Shown here piece after piece: positions 38,309 through 47,054 of a DNA stretch of 64,000 nucleotides; within the stretch, counting starts at the first letter, position 1; every line of letters begins with the position of its first letter. The stretch covers positions 5,726 through 69,725 of IMG/VR virus record IMGVR_UViG_3300019889_000001, one strand, 5' to 3'. A program made the position numbers and the translations under genes. Source of the stretch: a virus. Below the pieces are notes generated by a model. The model was not told where the DNA came from. It saw nothing but the letters and a program-made list of their open reading frames with translations, and did no database searches.

Positions 38309-39373
38309 TCACTTCCCTCGGACCGCCACCATTCGGGCCGACGACGCCGGCCCGAACTCGCCGTCCGCGGTCAGTCCGTTGTGGCTCTGCCAGAACTTCA
38401 CGGAGTTGAATGTGGCGTCACCGAAATACTGCTGCCCGTTGCGGACCGTGCCGTTGTTCGTCGAGTCGCCACCGACCCACGCCGGGTTGTAGATCGGGTT
38501 GCCATCGGGTCCGGGCATTGAGCACAGGACGGCCTGGAGCCACATCGTGTCCGAGTGAACCTGGCCGCGCTTCATGAGCGGCTGACCGTCAGGGGATGTG
38601 AATCCCATGCCCTTCGAGATCCAGTCGGTTGGTGTCCCTGGCTGTGGTGCGGTGCCAGGGACTTTCAACACCTGGCCGGGATGCAGCATCGTAGACAGCG
38701 AGGCGCCGTTGACGGCGAGGAGCGGACCGACCTCGACGCCGGTCTTGCGGCCGATCGCGAACCAGCCGTCGCCGGCGACGACGGTGTAAGTGCTCGTCGT
38801 CGGGCCGGGGTCGGTCGGCGGGTCCGCCGGTGGCGTCGTGCCGGGCTCGAACACCCCAGCCTTCAGCTGGGCGAACACACCGTCACCCGGGCAGCGTGTC
38901 TTCGTGGCCTTCGGGTGATATTGCGGTCCCTCTCGGTGTCCGATGATGATCGCACCGGGTGCCTTCGCGCGGATCTGTGACACCAGGTTCTGGATCGCAG
39001 CGGTGGCGAACTTCGAGGCGGGGTCCTGCCAGTCGACGAGCACGAGAATCGCGATGGCACGGTCGTTCAGGTTGAGGTTCGCCGCGCACTTGAACGTGTC
39101 GCCTCGGATCTCCCACGTGCCGCCAAGCCAGTCGACCGCGATGCTGTAGCCGAGGCTGTACCCGCGGTTCGGGTCGTTGAGATATGAGTTGTGGGCGCTG
39201 CGGATGTAGTCGTCGAGACGGTCGGCGCTCTCGCCGGGGTCGCCGTCGATCAGGTCGTCGGCGGCGGTGTAGTGAATGACGATGAGGTTGATGCCAGCCC
39301 AGTTGAACGCGGGCCCGGTGACCGGGCGGGTCGTCACCCACGCCGATCGATTGTGCGTGTACGTGAGCGTCAT
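38309..39373 (-). CDS. endolysin: amidase_2 + LysM + PG-binding
   Basis: IVIHYTA, IIGHRE...TRCPG, YTVVAGD..F.I..K.GV...L..NG...L.PGQVLKVP, GLTADGEFGP.S. Confidence 0.92.
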   Translation of the reverse strand: MTLTYTHNRSAWVTTRPVTGPAFNWAGINLIVIHYTAADDLIDGDPGESADRLDDYIRSAHNSYLNDPNRGYSLGYSIAVDWLGGTWEIRGDTFKCAANLNLNDRAIAILVLVDWQDPASKFATAAIQNLVSQIRAKAPGAIIIGHREGPQYHPKATKTRCPGDGVFAQLKAGVFEPGTTPPADPPTDPGPTTSTYTVVAGDGWFAIGRKTGVEVGPLLAVNGASLSTMLHPGQVLKVPGTAPQPGTPTDWISKGMGFTSPDGQPLMKRGQVHSDTMWLQAVLCSMPGPDGNPIYNPAWVGGDSTNNGTVRNGQQYFGDATFNSVKFWQSHNGLTADGEFGPASSARMVAVRGK

Positions 39374-39414
39374 GACGTCATAGTAGTTCGCCGATGTGTC
39401 TATACGCCGGAAGG

Positions 39415-40005
39415 CTAGGCCCGCGGGTAGAACCCGGCGATATGGATCTGGTCGCCGATGGTCCAGATCCAGGGAATGGTGCTGCTAATTCCTGAATAGC
39501 TCACCCAATTCCCTCCCCCGATGACGGTAACGGCGTGGAGAACCAACCGAAGTTGACCCGCCGGAGTGAATTGGGCGCGGCCCGCCACCGACTGACCCGC
39601 AGAAGCATCGATGATGTCTATGAGGATCAGGGGCAGACTTCGCGTCGCAGACGCCGAGGGGCCTTCCGCTATCGGCGGCGAAGTGATGCGCGGTTCGACC
39701 GCACCGAATGTTGCCCCGGTGCCGAACGTGATGTCGATATGGAAGTGGACGAGATCACCGGAGTTCGGCCCATCCACCCAATATTCGCCCTCGACCAACG
39801 ACCCCGACCCGAACGACCATCCTGCCCCCGAGATTGAGGGGTTGTAGGTTTGGCGATCACCACGTGCTTCGAGATCCGTCAACCGGTCCCCGACGCTGGT
39901 TGCGACCTCGAAGATGTAGGGGCTGAGGGCGGAGCCGTTGCCGGAGATCGACAGTGACGAGGACTCAATCGCACAATTGCACTGACCTGTGGAGCAGAGA
40001 GCCAT
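39415..40005 (-). CDS. minor tail protein
   Basis: Cys N-terminus shared with neighbouring gene; beta-rich C-terminal domain. Confidence 0.7.
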   Translation of the reverse strand: MALCSTGQCNCAIESSSLSISGNGSALSPYIFEVATSVGDRLTDLEARGDRQTYNPSISGAGWSFGSGSLVEGEYWVDGPNSGDLVHFHIDITFGTGATFGAVEPRITSPPIAEGPSASATRSLPLILIDIIDASAGQSVAGRAQFTPAGQLRLVLHAVTVIGGGNWVSYSGISSTIPWIWTIGDQIHIAGFYPRA

Positions 40006-40643
40006 CAGTTCTCCTCCCAAGTGATATCCATGGTGATCCAGCAGCTGCTGTCGGATCGCAAAGCGCCAGTGCCGCCGCCGCGACTAGCCGTCAGTGTTGG
40101 AGTCAGCGTGGCTCCCGGAGTGAGGCCATCCCAGATGCCATTCCCGGAGAGTGATGTGCGGACGGAAATTTCGCTGATTGCGCCATAGTAAAGGCCGCCA
40201 TTGATGGTCGCGTTGGCCCCGTCAAGCTGTACAGAGATGGAGAAGTTTGCCGGGTTCGTCACGATGTGGAAGCCAATCAGACTGACGGTTGCTCGTGCGA
40301 CCGTCGCCCATGGAGGGGCCACCACGTCGGGCAGCGTATGCCAGAGAGTCGGCACTCCGGCGGTGAAATCGGTCGTCACCCCCGGGACGAGAGTGCAGTC
40401 GGCGTAGGGCTCCGGGTCGCGTTCGATCCGCCAGTCCGAGCCATCCCAGTAGTAGATCCGGTCCGTGTCGGTCTCCAGGATCTGCTGCCCAAGGAACGGC
40501 GAGCCCGGCCGCGTCACCGACGTGACGATCGTCAGCCCGGTGGATTCCAGGTTGTACGGGTTTCCTGCCGAGCCGTTGCCGGAGATCTGGAGGGACTCGG
40601 ATTGGATCGCACATGTACAAGCACCTGGTGTGCAGAGTCCCAT
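40005..40643 (-). CDS. minor tail protein
   Basis: TRPGSPFLGQQILETDTDRIYYWDGSDW fibre motif. Confidence 0.75.
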   Translation of the reverse strand: MGLCTPGACTCAIQSESLQISGNGSAGNPYNLESTGLTIVTSVTRPGSPFLGQQILETDTDRIYYWDGSDWRIERDPEPYADCTLVPGVTTDFTAGVPTLWHTLPDVVAPPWATVARATVSLIGFHIVTNPANFSISVQLDGANATINGGLYYGAISEISVRTSLSGNGIWDGLTPGATLTPTLTASRGGGTGALRSDSSCWITMDITWEEN

Positions 40644-40667
40644 CGGTTCATTCTTCCACAGTCGTCA

Positions 40668-41147
40668 TCAAAACGGCAGCAAGCGCAGGCCGGGATAGAT
40701 CCAGGATGTTGCGAGTGTCGTCGATCCCCAGGCCCGGAGCGTGACGGTGACGGCCTCATCCACGGAGAAGTCGCCCATCATCGGTATGGGAAGCGACACG
40801 AATCCGGTGACCGGCACAGAGATCCCGATCGATAGACCGGGACCGAGGAGACTCGAGAGGTCGGCTCCGGTTTCGTTGCTGATCAACGCCAGGTCAGTTG
40901 AGAAGACATGCCCCGCGACGAGGGTCGCGCTCGCGTAGGTGAGGGTGTCGACCGCCCATCGTCCGGCCGACACTTCGGTCGAGATGAGGGCGGTCGGGGA
41001 GGTCGAGCCGGTGTCGACGACCGGGGTGCGGACGGACCGCATCGCCCCCGAGTAGGCGCGTTGGCTAAGGTTGCGTGTCTTGGCGTTGAGTGCCTGGACT
41101 TGTTGGACGTGGGCCCGTCCCGGTTCCCGAAGATTACGATCCGACAC
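40668..41147 (-). CDS. minor tail protein
   Basis: Position after baseplate gene. Confidence 0.55.
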   Translation of the reverse strand: MSDRNLREPGRAHVQQVQALNAKTRNLSQRAYSGAMRSVRTPVVDTGSTSPTALISTEVSAGRWAVDTLTYASATLVAGHVFSTDLALISNETGADLSSLLGPGLSIGISVPVTGFVSLPIPMMGDFSVDEAVTVTLRAWGSTTLATSWIYPGLRLLPF

Positions 41148-41148
41148 G

Positions 41149-43014
41149 TCAGGCTCCTTCCACCCAGCCCAAAGGGTAGAGCGTTGGCGCGACTGATTCT
41201 TCGAGTCCGTCGGTGCCTGCGGTGACGGACACCTCGACCCGCTTCAATCTTCCGGCTTGGAGGAGCTGGCGGTAGCCGGAGTCGTGGACGTCGAGACGCC
41301 AGATCGATCCGGGCAGCAAATTGTTGACGTCGACCGGCGCGGACTCTGACAGGATCCCGCCGGAGATGACGGCCGGAGGTTTGCGGCGCAACGCGAGGAC
41401 GGTGTCTGCGCGGCGTTGCAGGGTGGAGTCCGGCAGGTCGATTTCTGCGCCACCGGGTTGCGCGAATGGGTCAACGTCGACGTAGAATAGGACGCCGACT
41501 TCGGCTTGCGACGGGACGTCTTCGGCAACTTTGTAGCGGCGGAAGCCTTCTTCGCCGCTGTCGGCGCTCGTCGAGATCACGAAGTTCGTTTGGACGTCAC
41601 CGGAGATCGCCCATTTCGGGCGGGTCGTGAACGCGGCGTTGGTGAAGGTTCCGAACTCCATGTCGAACGCCGAGTTGTAGGGGCCGGGAAGGACACGTGT
41701 TACGCCGTCGTCGATGTCGACGAACATCCAGCCGCGTCGCGGGTCCCACACGAACAAGGTGTCGAGCACCATGAACGCGTCGATGCTCGAACCCATCAGT
41801 TCTTCGAGCAGCGGCCACGCGTATGAGCCTTGCCGCCATCGGAGCGTCCGGTCGGTGAACACTCCGACATACACCTCGGGGGCTTGGAGACGGTACGGGT
41901 CGGACGGTGACGCGGAGTGAACGTTGATGATGTCGGTGAACAACACCGCGGCATCAACAGAGGTGTAGATGGCTGGTTCGCTAGCGTAGATCGCGGGACG
42001 TTTCATCGTGCGGGCCAGGATGTCTGAGGCTCCAAGGACCAGCTCGGATTCTTCGCGCGTGATCGACGTGATCGGACCGGACCAGACTCGTTGGTCGTTG
42101 CGTTCGATGAGGAGACCGAATTTCCAGGTTTCGATGCCACCGAACTTCTCGACACAGTACGCGCCGCCGAGATGGTCGGGTAGGCGTGCGCCGGCGGTGC
42201 TGATTTCGTCGAGGGAGCGGCTCCAGTTCAGGTTGGTCCAGCCGACTTTGTCGAGGGTGTTGCGGTAGCTGGAGTCGGTGAGCCACACGTTGTACGAGTC
42301 GGGGCAGCCGAGACGCAGACGACGCGGGTTCGCGAACGTAGGAGTGGTTTCGGGTTTCGGGATTAGCGTGGCCGACAGGACAACACCTGCGGTGTTCGCG
42401 GCGGGGCTGTCGACGGACACTTTGCCGAGAGTGGTGTCGACGTTCGATTCCTGGGTCAGTACCGCGCCGGCGACGGAGCCTTCGTTGATCGGGAGAACTG
42501 TCAGCCGGTCGAGGTTCCATCCGCCGGTCGCGTTGATGGAGCCGACGACGGCGTTGTTGCACAGGACGTACAGGTAGTGCATGACGAGCCGGTCGTCGCC
42601 GAGGACGTCCATCGGGGGAAGATCCCATTCGTTGACCGGCAAGTTTTGGAACACATTCCAGAACTCCCAGTACGGATCGGTGTCGGTGACACCGCGGACG
42701 ACGATGGATTGCGCCCACCAGCCGATCTGGGCCGGGGTGTTCTCGTTTCGCTGCAGGATGATGTTCTGGGTGGTGCCGGTGATTCTGCCGGTCATGTAGC
42801 TGTTCCAGCCGCCGGTGCTGGTTTGGGTCCACAGGGTTTCCCAGCCGTCCGGCGCGATGATGTGACCGAAGTTGTCGGCCGCCAATGTGAAGGCGGCGGT
42901 TTTGATGAACGCGACGTCGCCGGGCGCCGCGGCTTCCAACGGGATGGTCAGGGTGTGGGAGGACAGTGTTTCGTCGTACACCCATCCTGACGTCGAGACG
43001 ACGCGGATCGTCAC
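41149..43014 (-). CDS. baseplate hub/minor tail protein with extra N-terminal domain
   Basis: LNWSRSLDEIS.A, LLIERNDQRVWSGPI, NNLLPG; follows Dit-like gene. Confidence 0.75.
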   Translation of the reverse strand: MTIRVVSTSGWVYDETLSSHTLTIPLEAAAPGDVAFIKTAAFTLAADNFGHIIAPDGWETLWTQTSTGGWNSYMTGRITGTTQNIILQRNENTPAQIGWWAQSIVVRGVTDTDPYWEFWNVFQNLPVNEWDLPPMDVLGDDRLVMHYLYVLCNNAVVGSINATGGWNLDRLTVLPINEGSVAGAVLTQESNVDTTLGKVSVDSPAANTAGVVLSATLIPKPETTPTFANPRRLRLGCPDSYNVWLTDSSYRNTLDKVGWTNLNWSRSLDEISTAGARLPDHLGGAYCVEKFGGIETWKFGLLIERNDQRVWSGPITSITREESELVLGASDILARTMKRPAIYASEPAIYTSVDAAVLFTDIINVHSASPSDPYRLQAPEVYVGVFTDRTLRWRQGSYAWPLLEELMGSSIDAFMVLDTLFVWDPRRGWMFVDIDDGVTRVLPGPYNSAFDMEFGTFTNAAFTTRPKWAISGDVQTNFVISTSADSGEEGFRRYKVAEDVPSQAEVGVLFYVDVDPFAQPGGAEIDLPDSTLQRRADTVLALRRKPPAVISGGILSESAPVDVNNLLPGSIWRLDVHDSGYRQLLQAGRLKRVEVSVTAGTDGLEESVAPTLYPLGWVEGA

Positions 43015-44303
43015 CCGCCACCCAACCGTTCCTGGAGTCGCATGGTCACTGCGGGGTAGTGGGGGTCGTCGTATTCGATGCCGTTCCATGTGAACTGGCC
43101 GAGCGCCCACTGCCCGCACAGTGATCCGGGTTCGAGTACGAGATGGAAATGTCCGCAGCCCAACGTGAAATCGCGGGGGACTGGGGGGTCGTTCTCGTCG
43201 AGATATGCGTAGGTTTCGGTGAGGACGCCGGTCGTCACGTCGCGATAGAGGACGCTTCTGCCTGCGACGTCCCACACCATTGTCGACCATGGCGGCAGGG
43301 GGCGGACGTAGATTTCGCCGAGGATGCCGAGACCGCATGGATTCGGGGAATGGCCGATGTCGAGCGGGTCGGCGTACACGATGGCGCGCATCGGGACGGT
43401 GCCTTCGTCATGATCGTTGACCATGGTGACGATCGGGGCCATCGCCCCCATCGGGTCCGCTTCGAAGGAGAGGATGGTGCGGCACGTGTCGTCAAGTTCG
43501 ATGCAGCCGGGACGGCACGGGATACGCGACTGGTTGATCGTGACATCATCGAAACATGTCGGCAGATCGGCGACGCGGTCTTCATCGGTGGCCGGAACTT
43601 CGGTGTCCGGCAGGTAGATGGCGGGATCTCCAGCAGTCAACGTGACTGACGCGGCGCGCAGGAAGCAGGAGCCGCGGGGCACGAGGTCGGCCATCCATTC
43701 GAGACCTGTTGTTACCCCGACGCGCCGCATTTCTCCGAGCCCTTTCGACGGGTTGTCCATCGTGCCGCAGGTGCGTCGAATCAGAAGTGATTCGTCTGCG
43801 CAGCCGCCGCACACCCCGGTCAGGGTCGCTCCGAGCCAGTCGAACAGGTAGATCATGGCTTCTTCGGATCGGGCGAACAGAATGAAGTTCAGCTTCATGA
43901 CTCGTCCGTCCGCGGAGGCGCGGCCGAGTCGTACGCCACCCCCGTATCCACCGATCGGTGACGACGGACGCGACACGTGTCCTTCGCCGAGCCCCGTCCA
44001 GTCGGTGATGAAGAACCCGAGGGCTTCAGCGGATTCCGGATAGTTCGGGTTGTACCACGGTGCCGGATCGGCATCGGGTGACACGAAGTCGAGATGTTCC
44101 CATGTGTCTGGACACCACTGGTTCAGTTCGTCGAACGGCACCCACGAATATGTTTCGCAGGCGTCGTACAGAACGTCACACGGCGAGATGCCGTCGATCG
44201 CGAGGTCGGGGTCCGACAGGTATGCGCCGGTCCGTGCCCAGTTGATGATCTCGAGGACGCTGCTGCCGCTCTTGAGCAGCAGGTAGTTATGGTGTACGCC
44301 CAC
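43011..44303 (-). CDS. distal tail protein-like
   Basis: EIINWART.AY, DPAPWY.P..PES.E.LG actinophage motif; TAGGCT-N6-GTG. Confidence 0.7.
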   Translation of the reverse strand: MGVHHNYLLLKSGSSVLEIINWARTGAYLSDPDLAIDGISPCDVLYDACETYSWVPFDELNQWCPDTWEHLDFVSPDADPAPWYNPNYPESAEALGFFITDWTGLGEGHVSRPSSPIGGYGGGVRLGRASADGRVMKLNFILFARSEEAMIYLFDWLGATLTGVCGGCADESLLIRRTCGTMDNPSKGLGEMRRVGVTTGLEWMADLVPRGSCFLRAASVTLTAGDPAIYLPDTEVPATDEDRVADLPTCFDDVTINQSRIPCRPGCIELDDTCRTILSFEADPMGAMAPIVTMVNDHDEGTVPMRAIVYADPLDIGHSPNPCGLGILGEIYVRPLPPWSTMVWDVAGRSVLYRDVTTGVLTETYAYLDENDPPVPRDFTLGCGHFHLVLEPGSLCGQWALGQFTWNGIEYDDPHYPAVTMRLQERLGGG

Positions 44304-44414
44304 TGCGCGAGCCTAACCTCGCCGTGAGTCGTGGGCGATGAGATCGCTCGGGGTAACGCTGATTCATGGCGTCCCCGATGCTGGAGAATTGGTGTTGTCC
44401 GGTACTGAGGGGTC

Positions 44415-45083
44415 GTGTGCGAGACTCGGCCGATGGGAATCGTGATCATCGGAGCGGGCGGATTCGGCCGAGAAATACTTGACGTGATCGACGCGTCGCC
44501 GATCGCGACCGTTGAGCGTGACGATCGAACGGACCACATGTTCGCCTGCTTCGTCGACGACGGCACCCCCGACCTGGCCAAGGTCGCCGCCCTGGGTGAG
44601 CGAGTACTCGGCGGACTCCAGATGCTCACCAAACTGCGATGCACCTACCTGATCGGCGTCGGGAATCCGGCGACGCGTCGCCTGATCGACGAGCGCGCGT
44701 TGGGGCTGGGCAGGTTGCCGTACCCGATGGTCATGCATTCGACGGCAGCGATCGGTCGGAGTGTCGATCTCGGCGCTGGGGCGGTGGTGTGTGCGCATGC
44801 GGCGCTCACGACGAACATCGTCGCCGGTCGTCATCTGCATGTGAACCTCGGAGCGACGATTGGCCACGACTGCGTGATCGGCGACTACGTGACTTTGGCC
44901 CCCGGCGTCAACGTGTCCGGAAATGTGACGATTGGCGATGAGGTTGAGTTCGGCACAGGGGCGCAAGTACTCCCCGGACTGGCCATCGGCGCCGGTGCTC
45001 GTGTTGGGGCGGGAGCCGTCGTGACACGCGACGTCGAGCCCGGAACCACAGTCATCGGTGTCCCGGCGAAGCCCCGGCGGTAG
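44415..45083 (+). CDS. NeuD/PglD/VioB-family sugar acetyltransferase
   Basis: IIGAGGFGREI, hexapeptide repeats, GHDCVIGDYVTLAPG, VIGVPAK. Confidence 0.92.
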   Translation: MCETRPMGIVIIGAGGFGREILDVIDASPIATVERDDRTDHMFACFVDDGTPDLAKVAALGERVLGGLQMLTKLRCTYLIGVGNPATRRLIDERALGLGRLPYPMVMHSTAAIGRSVDLGAGAVVCAHAALTTNIVAGRHLHVNLGATIGHDCVIGDYVTLAPGVNVSGNVTIGDEVEFGTGAQVLPGLAIGAGARVGAGAVVTRDVEPGTTVIGVPAKPRR

Positions 45084-45091
45084 GTGCTGGC

Positions 45092-47038
45092 TCACGTGAC
45101 GAGTCCAAGGTTGCGAAGGGCGGTGATGATGGCGTTGATCACGGTGGCGTCAGTGCCAGCCGCTACGCCCGGGCTCGCGGCCTTCACGACGGGAGTCGCG
45201 CCGTAGAACCCGGCAGTCGTGCCGTCGTGGTTTAGCGCGCCTCCGATGTTGGCGTTGCGACCAAGTGTGATGTCCCGGGGTCGAACCCCGGCAATACCGA
45301 TGTCGTACGTGTTGTCGGCCGAGAAGGCGATGTGACCCTTGATGCCGAGGAATTGAGCGTTGTAGCAGTAGACCCGGGCAACATCTGGGGTGCCGGCAAC
45401 TCCGAACACGAACCCGCGGATGTTGGCGTCGGCCTTCATGATCTGCGTGGCGTCGGACTCCTTGCCCGCCGGGACGTACCAGACAACATCGCCGTTCGCG
45501 AATGTTTCGATCTGTGTTTCGGCGCCTTGCATCACGGTTTGCACGACCGGGTTGCCAACCTCGCCCTTCAACACCATGCCTTTGTCGTTGAATGAGGTCT
45601 GACCGAACGAATACTTCACGTATGAGAAGGTGTCCACATCGTTGTATGTCCCGAGGTCGGATATTTTGGCGCTGCCAACCAGGTCATAGCCGCCGATGAT
45701 CTTGTTGGCCGACGAGCCCGCCAGGAATTGGATCGAGCCGTCGGGGTTCGCCTCCCAACGGCAGCCGACGTAAACGTTGGCGTCGCCGCCTTCGAGCAGA
45801 GTTGTTTCCTGGCTGGAGCCTTCAAACCCGAAGCACATCCAGGTGTTGCCGTTCGACTGCGCTGTGTTGTCGACCATCACCGTGCCGACGTAGCTGGCGG
45901 CTCCGGAGAAGAACGCGACGCGTCCGTGGAACTCGTTTTGGTTGGTCCAGCCGCTGTTGACCTGCTCGAACTTCACGCCGGTCTTGTTGTCGAGCACCTC
46001 AAGGTCGAATATGTTGTACGACACTCCGGCCGCATCGCCATGCAGCGTGAGTCCGGCGCAGAACTCACGGATGTCCAGATGGAAGCGGGCGTGGTAGGTG
46101 TTCTCGATGACAACGCCCTTCGACGTCGAATCGGTCGAATCCCATAGTCGCGAGGCGCGGTGGATGGCCAGCCGAATGTCGCAGCCGTTCGCCCCCGATA
46201 TCTCCACCGCCGTGCCGGTGCCGCTGTAGGTGATCTGCGTGACGTAGAGCGCGGTCATCGACATCTGGACGTTGATGTTGCCGAACGTCAGGGTGTCCGA
46301 TGTCGAGTACTCTCCCTCCCTGAAAACGAGGGTCCCACCTGGCGCAAGCGAATCGGCGGCAGCCTGAATGGCTGCCGTGTCATCGCCGCCGGATGGCTCC
46401 ACGACAACAAACGGCAGATTGGCTGGAGTGACGATCCTGTCTGTCGCTGTCCCTGCCGCCATGTCGGCGGCATCAGCCGCCGCGCTGGTCACCGCAGGAG
46501 AAGGGATGTTCTCCAACACCCATCCGACGCCCGGGTCCATCGATATGTCGCCGGGGATGGCTGCTAGTCCGGCGGGGTTGACCCATTTCGTGGTGAGAAC
46601 GCCCGCGATCGTCTCTGGGCCGGTTGCTGCTAGTGCGCCTGATCCTGGGGGGCCGGGAGGTCCGACGACGACAGGGGTTCCTTCGAATTCTGCGACCGGG
46701 GTGACGTCGGCCAGGTCAACAGTGGACCCGGACGCCAGGTTCATGAAGAACGAGTAGTGGACGCGTGCCCCGCCGCGTTTCGTGGCGACGTCGACACGCC
46801 AAGTCCAGTCGACCGGATTCAGATCAGGGTCGTCGGTGGCGACGAGTTCGATCGAGAACGACCCGTCTACATCCAGGTCCGCGTCCATGGACTCGGGGAG
46901 CAGAATGACGTTGTCGGAGGCGTCCAGCAGATAACGGACCGAAGGGGTGAACGACACCCGCCCTTGTGCAGCAGTGCCGTCTACCAGCGTATAGGTCCCT
47001 GTTACGGTCCCGGTCGAGACGGACGGAGGCAACGGCAT
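45092..47038 (-). CDS. tail spike/fibre with pectin-lyase-like beta-helix
   Basis: Actinophage N-terminal adaptor (G.V.FTP...LD.DGSFSIEL), A...E..AG....VTPA repeats, GDDTAAIQAA. Confidence 0.8.
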   Translation of the reverse strand: MPLPPSVSTGTVTGTYTLVDGTAAQGRVSFTPSVRYLLDASDNVILLPESMDADLDVDGSFSIELVATDDPDLNPVDWTWRVDVATKRGGARVHYSFFMNLASGSTVDLADVTPVAEFEGTPVVVGPPGPPGSGALAATGPETIAGVLTTKWVNPAGLAAIPGDISMDPGVGWVLENIPSPAVTSAAADAADMAAGTATDRIVTPANLPFVVVEPSGGDDTAAIQAAADSLAPGGTLVFREGEYSTSDTLTFGNINVQMSMTALYVTQITYSGTGTAVEISGANGCDIRLAIHRASRLWDSTDSTSKGVVIENTYHARFHLDIREFCAGLTLHGDAAGVSYNIFDLEVLDNKTGVKFEQVNSGWTNQNEFHGRVAFFSGAASYVGTVMVDNTAQSNGNTWMCFGFEGSSQETTLLEGGDANVYVGCRWEANPDGSIQFLAGSSANKIIGGYDLVGSAKISDLGTYNDVDTFSYVKYSFGQTSFNDKGMVLKGEVGNPVVQTVMQGAETQIETFANGDVVWYVPAGKESDATQIMKADANIRGFVFGVAGTPDVARVYCYNAQFLGIKGHIAFSADNTYDIGIAGVRPRDITLGRNANIGGALNHDGTTAGFYGATPVVKAASPGVAAGTDATVINAIITALRNLGLVT

Positions 47039-47054
47039 TGGTCGGGATCCTAGT

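Noticed and set aside
43015-43338. N-terminal extension of the 729-aa tail ORF
   Set aside because: Overlaps the Dit-like gene in another frame; GTGA coupling at 43014 fits better
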